From the human T2T-CHM13v2.0 reference genome, Homo sapiens, in NCBI GenBank assembly GCA_009914755.4, contig CP068257.2, positions 12,512,001-12,576,000 of the forward strand: a DNA stretch of 64,000 bases. Direction: 5' to 3'. The translations under genes and the position numbers were made by a program. Positions within the stretch are counted from its first letter, which is position 1. Each line of letters begins with the position of its first letter. The notes below the pieces were generated by a model that saw only the letters and a program-made list of their open reading frames with translations, had not been told where the DNA came from and did not search any database. Positions 1 to 19,740 of the stretch are shown here, piece by piece.

Positions 1-3602
<3,602 letters not shown>

Positions 3603-5220
3603 AATAGAGCAAAATTCCTTGCAGTCGAAAATACTTTATAGTGGAAGGAAACCATAATAAACAAGTAAATACAGAGTATGTGAAATAATAATAAGTGCTA
3701 TGGAGAACAGTTAAGTAGAACAAGAGGACAGGAAGGGTCTAGTGAGGGTGGTAGTTGCATGTTTAAGTTATTTGGTTTAGGAATTTGCCACTTGAAGAAG
3801 TTGGAGTGGAGCACAAATGTGAAGGATGTGAGGCGGTGACCCCAGTGGATATTTGTGCGAATACGCTCGGCGAAGAAGCCAGCGTGGCTGAAGTCTAATG
3901 TGTAAGAGGGAGCTTCGGAGCAAAGGAAGCCAAGTCCTACAGATCCTTTTCGATCAGTGTGATGATTTGCTTTCACTTTTGGTCATAATTTCTAAGACCT
4001 GCTGGTGCTGGATTCACTAACTGGAAAAAAATCTAACAACTAAGTTGCCTTGGCTGGAGCAGTTTGAGTCAGAGTGACATGAAACACATAGCTTTGATTC
4101 AAGGGTTTATGTAGCCCTGTAGATCATTGGACCACTGGTGAATGTACAGATTCTGAGCCCATTACCGGCATATAACTCAGAGAAGCCTTAACAGTGAAAA
4201 GGGCTAGCAAGCTCAGAATACTCAGGACTGTGATTTGATACAAAATTGTGTTGCTAAATAAGATAACAATGCTTTAATCTGGGGCACAAAAGATTTCCTA
4301 CAACACAGTGAACTCATGAAAGACATCAGTAATAGATTTAGCATAAAACAAAGATAAATAGATGGTTCTGACAGTAAGGGTTTAGATGCTGCAACCTGAC
4401 TTAGTTCTAGGATGTAACAGAACCTCTAATGAGTTGTTAGTAGCACATGAGAACACTGGGCATGTACACTGAGGCTGGAGGGAGGGGAGAAGAGCACTAT
4501 TTAATGGGTAAGGAAAGACAAAGGACAATGTAGATGACTTCATGACAGGTCCCTAGAATTCAGGAAAGCTTGATTGGGACAATGGTGACTTGATTGGGAC
4601 AATGGTGAGGGTATGCTAGCCAGTCTGTCTTAAAATCCCATCATCTTCTTAGCCTGTGAAATTCACGCAAGGAAGGGCATGCTTCCTAAATAAGACCAAA
4701 AAGTTTTTAAAACAAGAAAAAAATTTAACAGGGTCAGAGATTTGTGAAATTTCCTCATATATGAACTCGACATGGAGTTCCAAGACTAGGGGTTTCCAGT
4801 TTGGAACTGTCATTTTCTCCAACCTGCCACTGAAGGAGACTCAAACCAACAGGACTGCTTAGGAATCAGGAGGGATAAAAGAAATTTGTCATTAACTTTG
4901 AAGCAGCCCTTGATTCAGGCATGTCATTTCCCTTTTATCAGATTGGGTGGGGGGCAGCTTGGTCTGCTTAGATCATTCATTCTCTTGGTTTCAAGAAGGG
5001 TGGGGAGAGCAGCTATGACTTTTTAATTTTCCTTTTATTGTAAAATATAAGACACATGCAGAAAAAGAACATTAAACATAAATCTATAGGCTAATTAATT
5101 ATTATAAAGCAAACAGCCATGGGGCTACCACACTAATGTAAAGAAATAGCACCTGGGAGCTCCCAGTGTGCCCTTACCCAGCCACAAGTGTCTCTCTGTC
5201 CCCTAATCGCTAACCCATCA

Positions 5221-5606
<386 letters not shown>

Positions 5607-6603
5607 TAGATTTCACCTTTGTGAAAAAATATATGAACTTACTCATATTTTATGTAGGCTTTTGTTTCTGGCTTTTTAGATTATTAGTATGTTTGTGCTA
5701 TCAATCCACATTGTCAGGTGTAAAAACAGTCATTTATTGTCATATAGTATTTCATTGTATGAACATATCACAACTTATTTTTCCATTCTCCTATTGTGGT
5801 GCATTTGTATTGTTTCCTATTTGAGGCTAATGTGTTCAAACTATGAACATTTTGAACACATATATTAATGCATATGTGAAGGTACATCTGTTGGTTACAT
5901 ACCTAGGAGTGGAATTGTTATAGATTATGAGTATCTTTGATTTTAATAAATAATGCTGAATAGTTGTAGCGTATCTTTGCCAATAAATGGTCTTGTCAAG
6001 CTTTTGAATTTTAAGCATGTGGCTTCTTGTTTGGGTTTTAATTTATATTTTTTTCTTACTAACTTTAAAAACTTTTTATATGTTTATTGCCTATTCAGAA
6101 TGTATCCTTCATAATGTCCTGACTTTTTCTTAACTAGGTTGTCTTTGTCTTTATTACTGACTGATAGTAGGTCTTTATCTCTTTTACTGCTTTTTTTTAT
6201 GGCTTGCTCTTCACATTCTTAAAGTATTTATAACAGTCTCAATTTTTATATAATCTGACATTTTAATCTTTTCATTTGGGTTAGAAATTTTTGTGTACTT
6301 TGGGAAAATATTATTCATTATCCCAGTGTTATGAAGGCTTTAAAAATAATAGCTCATAAACCATTTATTTTCCTTTCACATGTATGCATACCACAAGGAA
6401 ATAATTTTTGTGTTTTATATGAGTTCAAGGTTTTTTTCATCTTCAGAATCCAGTTGACTGAAACAGAACCAGGTAATTACTGATACTAGCTGTGTCTTCT
6501 CTTTTTGTTCTGTTTTTTCTCTCCAAGAATTTATTTTTAGAAGAGATGTATGAAGTTCAAGCATTCTATGTTCCTTTCATTGTATGGAAAGAAGGCACAA
6601 GTG

Positions 6604-6974
<371 letters not shown>

Positions 6975-7386
6975 TTAAATCATCTGCAATTCATAATTTT
7001 TATTCCATTAATTTCTTTGGTATGTTTAATATTTGCTTCTTTCTCCATTTCTGTGTGTTTCTATCGTTTAATTCTTAATTTTTCAAAATAGATGCTTAGA
7101 TTATTGATTTTCAGCCTTTTAAAACAGCTGTACTCAAAACTATACATTAACTTCTAGCCATGGCCTTTGCTGAATCCAAAAAGGTTTAATATGCAATAAT
7201 GTGAATATTCAATTCAAAATATTTGATTATATTATTTATTATTGTATTCATTAGTTATTTTTAAATGTGATTTTTCACTTTCAAAAATGTATGGATTTTA
7301 GTTATATTTTTGTTATTTATTTGGATTAAGTGCATTAAAGATAGAAAAGATTATGATTTCTACACTTTGAAATGTTTGAGAATATT

Positions 7387-7623
7387 GTTTTTTTTTCAGA
7401 TACAAACATTTTTATTTGCTTTCAATTCTTTTTTTTTTTGGTTACATTTCGCTAATAATGCCCTCATAGCTCTGATTATATTTATTTATTTATTCTTTTA
7501 TTATTATTATTATACTTTAAGTTCTATGGTACATGTGCACTACGTGCAGGTTTGTTACATATGTATACATGTGCCATGTTAGTGTGCTGCACCCGTTAAC
7601 GCCTCATTTACATTAGGTATATC
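7387..7623 (-). mobile_element. Severely 5'-truncated L1PA insertion, with about 127 bp of L1 3'UTR at 7497-7623. It carries a short non-L1 segment between two A-runs, read as a putative 3' transduction, and is flanked by 18-bp target-site duplications (gaaatgtttgagaatatt at 7369-7386 and 7624-7641).
   Basis: The reverse complement of 7497-7623 matches gatatacctaatg…gggtgcagcacac…catgtgcactacgtgcaggtttgttacatatgtatacatgtgcc, the canonical L1 3' end. A poly-T run and an interposed unique roughly 40-bp segment (…atcagagctatgagggcattattagcgaaatgtaacc… on the minus strand) follow. A perfect 18-bp direct repeat flanks the whole. Confidence 0.6.
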
Positions 7624-7641
7624 GAAATGTTTGAGAATATT

Positions 7642-9550
7642 TTTAAGGCTCAGTATATGCTTAACTTAGCTAAAATATCCATTTGTGTTTCAGAAGACTG
7701 TAAATTCTGCAGTTCTCAGGTGTAATGTTCTATAAATGTCTATTAGATCAATTGTGTTAATTAAAATTATTCACTATGATTGTGTAGTTGCCTTTTTTTG
7801 CAATGTGTTATTGTTAATACTGCATTATGTATTTGAAGCTGTGTTATTAGGTACATACAAACTACAATTGTTATATCTTCTTTGTGAGTTCAAAGTTTTA
7901 TTATTTTAAAGTTTGTCCATATTTTTATTAGTTTATATAAAATCAATTTTGTCTAATATAGATTTACCACCATTTGGAGGATAATATTTGCATATTTTTT
8001 ATCACCCTTCTACTTTCAAATATTTTGCTTCCTTGCTTTTATATATGTCTTTAATAAATAAGAGTTGGATTTTTTCTTTTTAATCAAGTTTGACAGCCAT
8101 AATATTTTAATTAGAGCATAAGTCCATTTATCTTAATTGTATAGTTGTGTTTGATTTTACTATCTTATTATCTACCTTCTATTTGCTTTAGCTGTTGTAT
8201 GCATTCTTTCTCTCTTTTCTTGCCTTCTTTTAGACTTCATAAAAAGTATATTCAATTTTTGTCCTTCATTTTCTTGCTTCTTTTCTTGCTAGATACCCTA
8301 AAGATTCAACATGAATACTATACTTATGAATATCAATTACTGAAGGTCATTTTCACCTTCTTTCTATACAATGAAAGGAACACAGAAAGCTGGAAATTCA
8401 TTTATCACCCAAAATCATATGCTATTTTTAGCTTATTTTAATTTTCTATATTTCAAGTCCATAAAACATTATTAATAGTATTTTATGCCATCAACATATG
8501 CTTAGATTTAACTAGTTCATTGTTCTTCCTTCCAAAATAGCCACAATCTAAGAATAATTTTCCTTCCACCTGAAGAATACATTTCTGCTCATGAATGTCT
8601 GAAGGGTAACCTTTCTGCTCATGACAGTTTCTCTCCAGTTTAAATTTGTCTGAAATAAAATACATTTATTCTTGAAACAGATTGAGATACTATCTTAGCA
8701 GTTGTTTCCTTTCACCATATGGAAGCAATCATTCTGTTGTTTCCTATATTCCATTGTTTCTGTTGAGAACTCAATTGTAACTCTGGTCAATTTTATTCAC
8801 CTTATTTAAATAAACTTGTATGGTTTGATGATGGCCTTTTCTGCAATTCACTATCATACATCTCAATGGAGATTAATCTTTATTATTTTTCTTATTGAAT
8901 GGAATTAATTGGGCATTTTGAACTTGTAGACTGATTATATTACTCAGTTTGGGAAAATTATGAGATAATATCTCTTTAAATATAGTCTTTGTTCCATTTT
9001 TCTGCCTTTTTATTCCAGAATTCTAACACAATGTAATTTACCATGTCATTGCCTATCCTATGCATCTCTTAACTGTTGGTCTATATTGTCTATTCTTTGG
9101 TACCCATTTGCTTCAGTCTAGAAATTTACTTTTCACCTACTTTTTAGTTCACTCGCTCACTCTCTCTTTACCTATTTCTAATTTTCTGTTAAACCCATTC
9201 AATGGATGTCAATTATTTTACTTTTTAGGGTAAGAACTTTCATTATTTTTGTCAAATATAATTGATAAATTTATACTTACTAATTTTTTGTTAAATTTTT
9301 CAGTCTTCTACCTTTTTGAAAATATTAATAGCAAAAACCACAATTACTTTTGCACCAACTTAATAATAAGCACATTTTTTATAGCCAGTGTATAATAATT
9401 CCAATATCTGGAGGCCTATGGGTGTTGTCTATTGACTGTTGTTTCTGCTGTTTCTCATTCACGCTGTCTTGCTCCAAGTGTGCCTGGCTATCTTGGATGC
9501 TAAACATTTATTTTAATATGTTTTTGTAAAAATAATTTGAGATTGAATTA
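7642..9550 (-). mobile_element. Probable ancient, diverged L1 (L1M-like) sequence in antisense orientation. Boundaries are approximate.
   Basis: The AT-rich sequence resembles the antisense of the L1 ORF2 5' region (…ctgtgttattaggtacatacaaactacaattgttatatcttctttgtgagttcaa…). This is recall-based similarity only. Confidence 0.3.
9331..9365. mobile_element. Fragment (half) of a MADE1 / Hsmar1-derived mariner MITE.
   Basis: gcaaaaaccacaattacttttgcaccaacttaataa matches the MADE1 terminal-inverted-repeat arm (gcaaaaaccgcaattacttttgcaccaacctaa). Confidence 0.45.
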
Positions 9551-10285
9551 TGTGAATTTCCTACAAAGAAGGCTATTGTTTGCTTCTGTCAGATAACTAG
9601 GAGTTCTAACAATTCAGAATCTACTTAAACAAAAAACTCAGTAAACGTGATTTTGGCAGAGGCAACTCAGATAACGAGAAGCTTTCTGCAGACCATAAGA
9701 AGGCTGATTTGTTCAGCTTTACCCATGCTTCTATAATGTCCTTTGGAGTTCCAGACAAGAATAACAGATGAGATGTTTTGCAAACCCAATATGAGGGTTT
9801 CAAAAGCATCTATCTTTTGGATATTGGACTCATAATTTTCCCCAATATCTCAGCAAAAATGTATGCCCTAATTATCTAATCCACAAATTTGAAAGGCCAC
9901 ATGGCTTTCTGAACACTCACAACTGAATAAAAATGAGGATTACTGGCAAGTAGAAGATGTGGTCATTATCTAGTATTCAAGGAAAAGGCAGTTCACCAGG
10001 TATGTGCTGAGTCCACGCATATCATTCAGAAATTTCTCGGACAGGTACATATGCAGCATCAAAAAATCTGTGTTTCTTATTTGTGATAGTCATGAAAAGA
10101 TCAATCCAATGTTCCAACTATGTGGCCTCTAGTGGCAGATTAGATCTGATAGGTTGCATCATCAAAAGATGTTGCAAATATAAGACAATCCAAGACAGTT
10201 CATTAGGATAAGTCAAAAATGCAAACAAAAATAATAAAAAGTATGAAGAGCTAAGTCAAAAGGCCATAGGCAGAATTGAAGTTAG

Positions 10286-11256
10286 TGTTGCAGGAAGTCA
10301 GGGACCCCAAATAGAGGGACCGGCTGGAGCCGCAGCAGAGGAACATAAATTGTGAAGATTTCCTGGACATTTATCAGTTCCCAAATAATACTTTTATAAC
10401 TTCTTATGCCTGTCTTTACTTTAATCCCTTAATCCTGTTATCTTCATAAGCTGAGGATATATGTCACCTCAGGACCACTGTGATAATTGTGTTAACCATA
10501 CACATTGATTGTAAAACATATGCGTTTGAACAATATGAAATCAGTGCACCTTGAAAAAGAACAGAATAACAGCGGCTTTTAGGGAACAAGGGAAGACAAC
10601 CATAAGGTCTGACTGCCTGTGGGGTCGGGCAAAAAGAGCCATATTTTTCTTCTTGCAGAGAGCGTATAAACGGACGTGCAAGCAGGAAAGATATCGCTAA
10701 ATTCTTTTCCTAGCGAGGAATATTAATATTAATACCCTGGGAAATGAATGCATTCCTGGGAGGAGATCTATAAATGGCCGCTCTGGGAATGTCTGTCTTA
10801 TGTGGTTGAGATAAAGACTGAGATATGCCCTGGTCTCCTGCAGTACCCTCAGGCTTCCTAGGGTGGGGAAAAGCTCCGCCCTGGTAACTTGTGGTTGGAC
10901 CAGTTCTCTGCTCTTGAACCCTGTTTTTTGTTGTTTAAGATGTTTATCAAGACAATACATGCACTGCTGAACATAGAACCTTATCAATATTTCTGCTTTT
11001 TGCCCTTTGAAGCATGTGATCTTTGTACCTACTCCCTGTTCTTACACCCCCTTCCCTTTTTAAAACCCTTAATAAAAACTTGCTGGTCTGAGACTCAAGC
11101 GGGCATTGTGGTCCTACTGATATGTGATGTCACCCCTGGTGGACCAGCTGTAAAATTCCTCTCTTTGTACTGTCTCTCTTTATTTCTCAGCTGGCCGACA
11201 CTTATGGAAAATAGAAAGAACCTACATTGAAATATCGGGGGTGGGTTCCCCCAATA
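10286..11256 (+). mobile_element. ERVK-class solo LTR (MER9/LTR13-like), about 970 bp, flanked by a 6-bp TSD AGTTAG at 10280-10285 and 11257-11262.
   Basis: The LTR starts tgttgcaggaagtcagggacccc…. A U3 TATA-like box (tataaacggacg, about 10662) and an R-region poly(A) signal (aataaaaacttgctggtctgag, about 11070) are present. It ends …gggttcccccaata. Identical hexamers flank it. Confidence 0.7.
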
Positions 11257-12464
11257 AGTTAGAGTTTCAGAAAAAATTCAGACAAGGGACTACACATTAA
11301 TTGGCCAATAGATGTGTTTTATGTGGATGTGCCAAGCTGATATAAAGAGTTAGAGATAATAAGACATGAGAGGTTTGGATAACACTAAACTATGACTTCT
11401 TTGGTTTTGACTGCTTATAGAAGTAGGTGAACCTAGATTCCAAAAAGGAGCAGAATTGTTACCAGTGGAGTCTCAGTCTATTGACATGTAGTCATGGTGG
11501 TTGAAAAATTGCATCTATGGCATTTACGTATCTCACACACAGACACATAAACCCAAGTATAGATCACCACAAGATAAATTCAGAGGAGCAATCTTAGTGT
11601 CACTGCCCTTGTCTCTATCTTACCACCATATCCTCTCCTGATTCGGTTTATAAGAATAATATACTGGTTAAGTGCATCATCTGGAATCAAAACATATGAT
11701 TTCAAATTCTGACTCTGCCATTTACTGACCTTACAACCTTTATTCTAGTTTCCTCAACTGTAAAGGGAATGACAGTTGTTATCTATCTAACGGAAATTTA
11801 GTAGAATTCACTAATTAATTCATACAAGCACTCAAAACACTGCCTAATGTATAGGAAGTGCTCAGTAAATATTAGTATCAACAAATTCAAATCAGGAAAG
11901 GCACGAGGACAGTCTGTTTCTTAAAAGTGTCTGTTCAATTGTACTCTGGCCAAAAATCCAATACCCTGTTAGAGATTTTCAGCTAAGATAATTAAAAACA
12001 ATAGAAAGATTATTTCCTTACATTTAAGGAAGACTATTCTTTATTTGTGGCTGAAATGCTGTGTTCAGTTCTAGTCGATATATATCATAGCAAGAAAATA
12101 AGCGGGGAGAATGGTAACCTAAATACATCAGGAACATTAAACATGGGGGAAAATGTGATCAAATCAATAAAATTGTCAACAGCATGAACAGAATGAACTC
12201 TTAGTTATCTATTTCAGTGTTTTAGGATGACATGACACATCTTGAAACCCGAAGGAGGCAAACTGAAGTCAAAGAGTGCCATTTGACAATGCAGGAAATC
12301 ACTAACCCTAAGAAATATTGCTTGGGAAATATTATCATTCTATAATTACAGATTTAAAATCATTTTATCCATGATGTTTTTTCTTCTTATGCCCTCCTCT
12401 TGCCCAAGGTCTACATTTTCCTTTTCATTTTCAAATAATTAGGTAATAAATCCTGATTTGTTAC

Positions 12465-12566
12465 CATTGGAGTCAGAATGGATGACATCCACAAACTTTG
12501 CATCCGTGTAATCTAATCTGCTATATGGTGGTTTTCTGGAGAACCTTGGCCCAGCAGGGTCAAGAC
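12465..12566 (-). CDS. LIPI: LIPI coding exon 4 (…[35 protein letters not shown]…). Acceptor AG is at 12568-12567 and donor GTAAC at 12464-12460.
   Basis: The minus-strand translation continues exon 3 in frame. The conserved lipase-family GLDPAGP and FVDVIHSD segments are present, and the splice signals are in place. Confidence 0.8.
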
Positions 12567-13208
12567 CTGGAAAGCAAGAAAGAAATAATCAGTCTCATCA
12601 AGTCCACAGAGCTCCTTACATTGCATACTTCCATTATTACTGCATTATAAACATAAAAAGCATTTATACTTTTAGTTTAAACCTATCCAAGAACATATCT
12701 AAAAACAAATGGAAGTGAATGAATAGCAGGTAACTTCAGTATTTGAATAATACTACTAACCTTCAGAGCTTTTCAGGTTAAGCCGCAACAAAATATTGTC
12801 GGAATTTTTGGAGTATTTTTCTGTGAGACTGAATTAGGAGTAATAAAGTAGTTTATATTTAATAATAACTACAACTATTTCTCCTGAAGGAAAAAAATAA
12901 TGAATACCATCTGGTCCTCTCTTGAACTCTGTACATTACTAGCTCACTTTGGATTTATCTGTAGATAGACCTGAAAAGCTTTTTTAGGTGCCAAATATAA
13001 TTTGGGCTATGGGATAAATCATGTTATCTTATCCATTTCTCGTAAGACTTTCTCACACACTCTTAAGAAAAGAAAAAATATATTTTAAATTCCATGGAGT
13101 GTGAATATTATTTCTGGGTTATCTTAATTTCTAAATAAAAATGCTAGGCTCATGACTTTCTGGGAATTGTCAAAAAGAGGAGAGAGAAGATAAAATTCAG
13201 TTTTTTGA

Positions 13209-15234
<2,026 letters not shown>

Positions 15235-16302
15235 AAAGTAAAATATAATGTTTTTCATTTCAAAAACCTCTATTATCCCCATTTTATTTAACCCACTTGA
15301 CTGAATGAGACAGAATCATCTATCTTCCTATAAATCATTCTGATATAGAACCTCCATGTTTGGTGGCCTTTTAGTACCTGATGATTGCCTGGTATTTGGG
15401 CCATTCAAGCTAGACTAATATGTGTAAACACAATTTAAAGTACAAATTGAGCAAGTGTGGTTTTGGAAAGAGAATGAGCTTTAAGCACTAGGGAACTTTG
15501 TATAAGTAAATCCTGGCTAAACTGCTATTTCTTGACCCTCCTACATTCATTCAGTTAATTTGTTTTCACACATATTTGATAACATTAAAACTAATCAGAG
15601 TAAGTAAGGGTATGCATAAGGTTTGTAAAGATAACTATCTATATGTTATTCACCTCTTTCCCCCTTTTTTGAAACTTAACTAAGGACACTATTTTCTTTT
15701 ATCAACACTTAAAGTTATTATAAGTCTTCTATGGCCATAGATATGAATAATTGCTTTTTTTTCAAAACAAAAAAGGTAAATTGGTTGAAAGGAATATTAT
15801 CCTCCTATTCCTAAAGTCACTACCACTCATAGAGGAAAGAATGAAAATCCATATCAGCCTTATTAGATGACTGAGCTTCCTGGATGCAGTAACTTTGTTA
15901 TAGAAATATGAAGGGGGACCCAGAGTCCCTCAAATTGGATGCAACTCCTGATTCTTTTGTAGCATTCAAGTAAAAATTTTTAGAGAGTTGAAATGCATCA
16001 AAGTTTGTGATAACTAAGTAAATAGTTATATTCTTAGCTAATACATAAAGTATTTTTCTTTAATGAGTCATATTTACTTCTGTATTCTTACGATAGTATG
16101 TCCTTAAAATTTAGCTGGGACTGCAGGAATAGATGTTTTTCTCCCATTTCCATTTGGGTAACTTAAGCTCTGTTGAGAACTTAACAAAACTTTAGAGTCT
16201 AACTAAAACAAAGCCAATATTTAAATATAACATAGAAAAAATAAATGTTTGTACATAATTTCTATTGAGTAATTATTGTACCCACTAAATTTTAAGCAAA
16301 GT

Positions 16303-16624
<322 letters not shown>

Positions 16625-16667
16625 TTAAAAGTATGCTAAAGCAATAATTTTATAAAAATAATTTTAC

Positions 16668-16776
16668 CTGTTATTCTTCCAAGTTGACCATGAAATATCT
16701 TTCCAACAAATCCACTGATATGAGCCCCTAAGCTCACACCTATGAAATGAAAATTGTCAAGAGATGCACCATGCTT
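16668..16776 (-). CDS. LIPI: LIPI coding exon 3 ([37 protein letters not shown]…). It contains the catalytic-serine GxSxG motif (GVSLG).
   Basis: The minus-strand translation is flanked by …ttgcag| and |gtaaaat, and its phase is continuous with exons 2 and 4. Confidence 0.85.
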
Positions 16777-17315
16777 CTGCAATTAAAGAGAAAGGCAATA
16801 TTACAGTATTCATTTCAAGTAATAACAAATCATGCCCCCCTCATATATCGACATTTCAAAATTCATTATTTTTCTGGCTTGATTCATTTTGGGGATATCG
16901 GGAAAGAGACTTTATAATTTCAAGATGACTATATATTTGTTCAACTTTTGCCACAAAATATTTGATTTTTCTTTATTCATTTTTAATATCAATTTATTTT
17001 AAAATTGTATCATCTCATGCAGAACAGTATGCAAAATGCAATTAATTAGCAGAGTGTTTTATAATAATCAACATTACTAGGTGCTTACTTTCTGCTAGCT
17101 ACCTCGATATGGGCCTTACAAAGTTCATATTTAATACTTCCAATTTCGTTATGAGTTATTCATTTTTATTCTAATGCCTAAAACTGTCAGTAGCACCTAT
17201 TAAATGCTAAATAAATAATATTGGATCAATTCCAATTTTATTAAGGAAACTGCCAGAAGTAACAACTTTCCCAAAGCCACATAGATTCATAAGAGGAAAA
17301 GATGGATTCCAAGCT

Positions 17316-17690
17316 GCTGTGGTCTGAATGTTTGTGTCTCCCTAAAATTCATATGTTGGAATTCTAATCCCCAAGGTGATGATATTTGGAGGTGAGGCCT
17401 TCTTGTGGGTTAGGAGAATTATGTCATGAGTGTGGAACCCTCATGAAAGGGATTACTGCCCAGATAGAAGAGACCTGAGGGATCTCCTTCTACTCTTCCA
17501 CCATGTGAGGACACAGTGAAAAGGCATAATCTATGAACCAGGAATTGGGCCCTCACCAGACACTGAATCTGCTGATGCCTTCTCCTTGGACTTCTCAGAC
17601 CCTGAAACTATGAGAAATAAATGTTTCTTGTTTATAAGCTACCTAGCCTATGGTATTTTGTTACAGCAGCCCAAATGGACTAAAACACAA
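17316..17690 (+). mobile_element. Solo LTR-type interspersed repeat of the ERVL-MaLR class. Family assignment is tentative.
   Basis: …tgaatgtttgtgtctccctaaaattcatatgttggaattctaatcc…ccaccatgtgaggacacagtgaaaagg…tcagaccctgaaactatgagaaataaatgtttcttgtttataagctacctagcctatggtattttgttacagcagcccaaatggactaaaaca. A second related copy is at 54340-54720. Confidence 0.5.
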
Positions 17691-19000
17691 ACCTAGGTCT
17701 CACTCCAAAATTATGCTAATTTGCCTTCTTGTTTTATCTGATCAGGTTGTGTCAAAAACCTTAGGAAGATTCACAAAAGTTCAATAATGATTCTCACTTC
17801 AGAGATGATGAAATTAATTTTATGGATTTTAGGTGACTTCCTTCCCCTGATCACCAGCTCAGGAGTGATGCATCCAATCTTCCAAGGCCAACGTCTGAAT
17901 ACCTCTTAGTCTCAGCTCCAGGAAGGGAAATTAGAAGACTACATGAGAGTGTACTTCCACCACACTCTTGGGGAGCTATTGTGAGACTTGTGGACAGATC
18001 ATGGTCCAGCCCACACAGTGATATGTCTGATGGCTTACAGAAAGATGTGGAGCGCTTGCCACTAATGAAAAACTACCCTCAGGCTTTCAAGGCACAAGGT
18101 TATGATTTTCTTCAGATTTCTCACAGCCATGCCCCAAAACATAAGGGAGTATCTCTCGAGACTCCAGTGCTGCCGGTCATTTAAATCTTCCTCTGTAATA
18201 TGAAGCCTCTGTAAGCAAAGGCACTGTTAGAATTTTATCTAATATTACAAATTTTCCTAAATATTTCTATTTAATATTCACATTCTCCACACTTTGAGGC
18301 ACATATTTATTAGTTGAGAAAACACCAGTAACATCAGGAAAAATCAATGATGTAATTAATAGTCTGTTGGTGGAGATGGTTGAATCAATTACCTCCTCTG
18401 TCTCTCTACAGCAATGGTATTGTTTTGTCCAAATTTGGGGGTGTAAAAATAATAATGAAAGTTGATCTTAATGATTACTAAATGTCACCCACTGATTAAG
18501 CACATATATATTAATTCAATATTCATATAAATATTTTTGTAACATGTTGTTATTCTATATGTACAAATAAGGAAATGCAGCACAGAGAGGCTATGTAATT
18601 GTTCAAAATTACACAGATGATAAAAGATGGACATACAGTTTGAACCCATCCAGTCTGACCCCTGGCCACTACATATAACGGCTTCTTGGAAGTGTTGTTA
18701 TTTGTTCAATTTTTAGCAGAGTCTTGAAAGTTCAGCACAACACAACTCAAGTTTAAATTTCAAGCTCAATAATGCCCCCGAATCAGATATCACCCTTCTT
18801 TCTCTCAAGTACCCACAACTACCTACTTTCTTTTAGGATAGACATGGATCTCCCTAAGGGTTGACTTAATAAACAAAAATCATTCACAGTGCAGATAACA
18901 TAGAACTGGACTGAATTTTATTTGATCCATTCAAATCCTGAGCAGACTTGAATGAATCTGATGTTCACCTCCAAAGCTGACAGAAGTATGCTACTTTTCA

Positions 19001-19306
<306 letters not shown>

Positions 19307-19740
19307 TTACTTTTACCAATTCACACTCGATTATATGCAAATATTTTAGCCGTATATTTTAAAAGATACCTGAAGATTGTAATAATTATAAAGTTTATTT
19401 CCCCCACCCACATAGGATAACTATTTTATTCTGAGGTTGGTATAGGTAGAGTTAAAAGAAATCTCAGAAGATTTTTAAATAAAACCTAATAATTACTAAA
19501 TTTTAATATAATGTTTTAAAAATAACACAGGATATGTCTAGGTATAGAATTATTCATTTAGGCAGACAAAGAAAAGATGGCTGCATACATTGGTATATCA
19601 AACCAGTAATTGTTAATGCTTATGGGGAAAAGTATATAGTTTATTATCACTTTGTGGTATTGAATGTAACACACTGCATATTGTATAGCACGTATAATAT
19701 ATTGTATAGCATGTATAATACATAAAATTCCCAGACTTAC

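Noticed and set aside
5835-6010. Possible ancient L1 fragment (…catacctaggagtggaattgttatag…).
   Set aside because: I noticed only a short similarity to an L1-internal motif and cannot define boundaries or orientation confidently, so I did not annotate it.
8483-8665. Minus-strand 60-aa ORF (…ERNCHEQKGYPSDIHEQKCILQVEGKLFLDCGYF…), briefly considered as a further LIPI exon because of a vague C…GY resemblance.
   Set aside because: It lacks the lipase-family motifs expected after exon 4 (no GHxDFYPNGG), ends in a stop, and sits within L1-like sequence. No acceptor or donor context supports it.
12241-12300. Minus-strand peptide …FLHCQMALFDFSL… that resembles the lipase CxH…LF…SL segment.
   Set aside because: The upstream histidine and arginine of the motif are missing, a stop codon follows within 25 codons, and there are no splice signals. 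I also scanned for a reverse-complement FYPNGG pattern in 3600-12465 and found none, so LIPI exon 5 is most likely outside the window.
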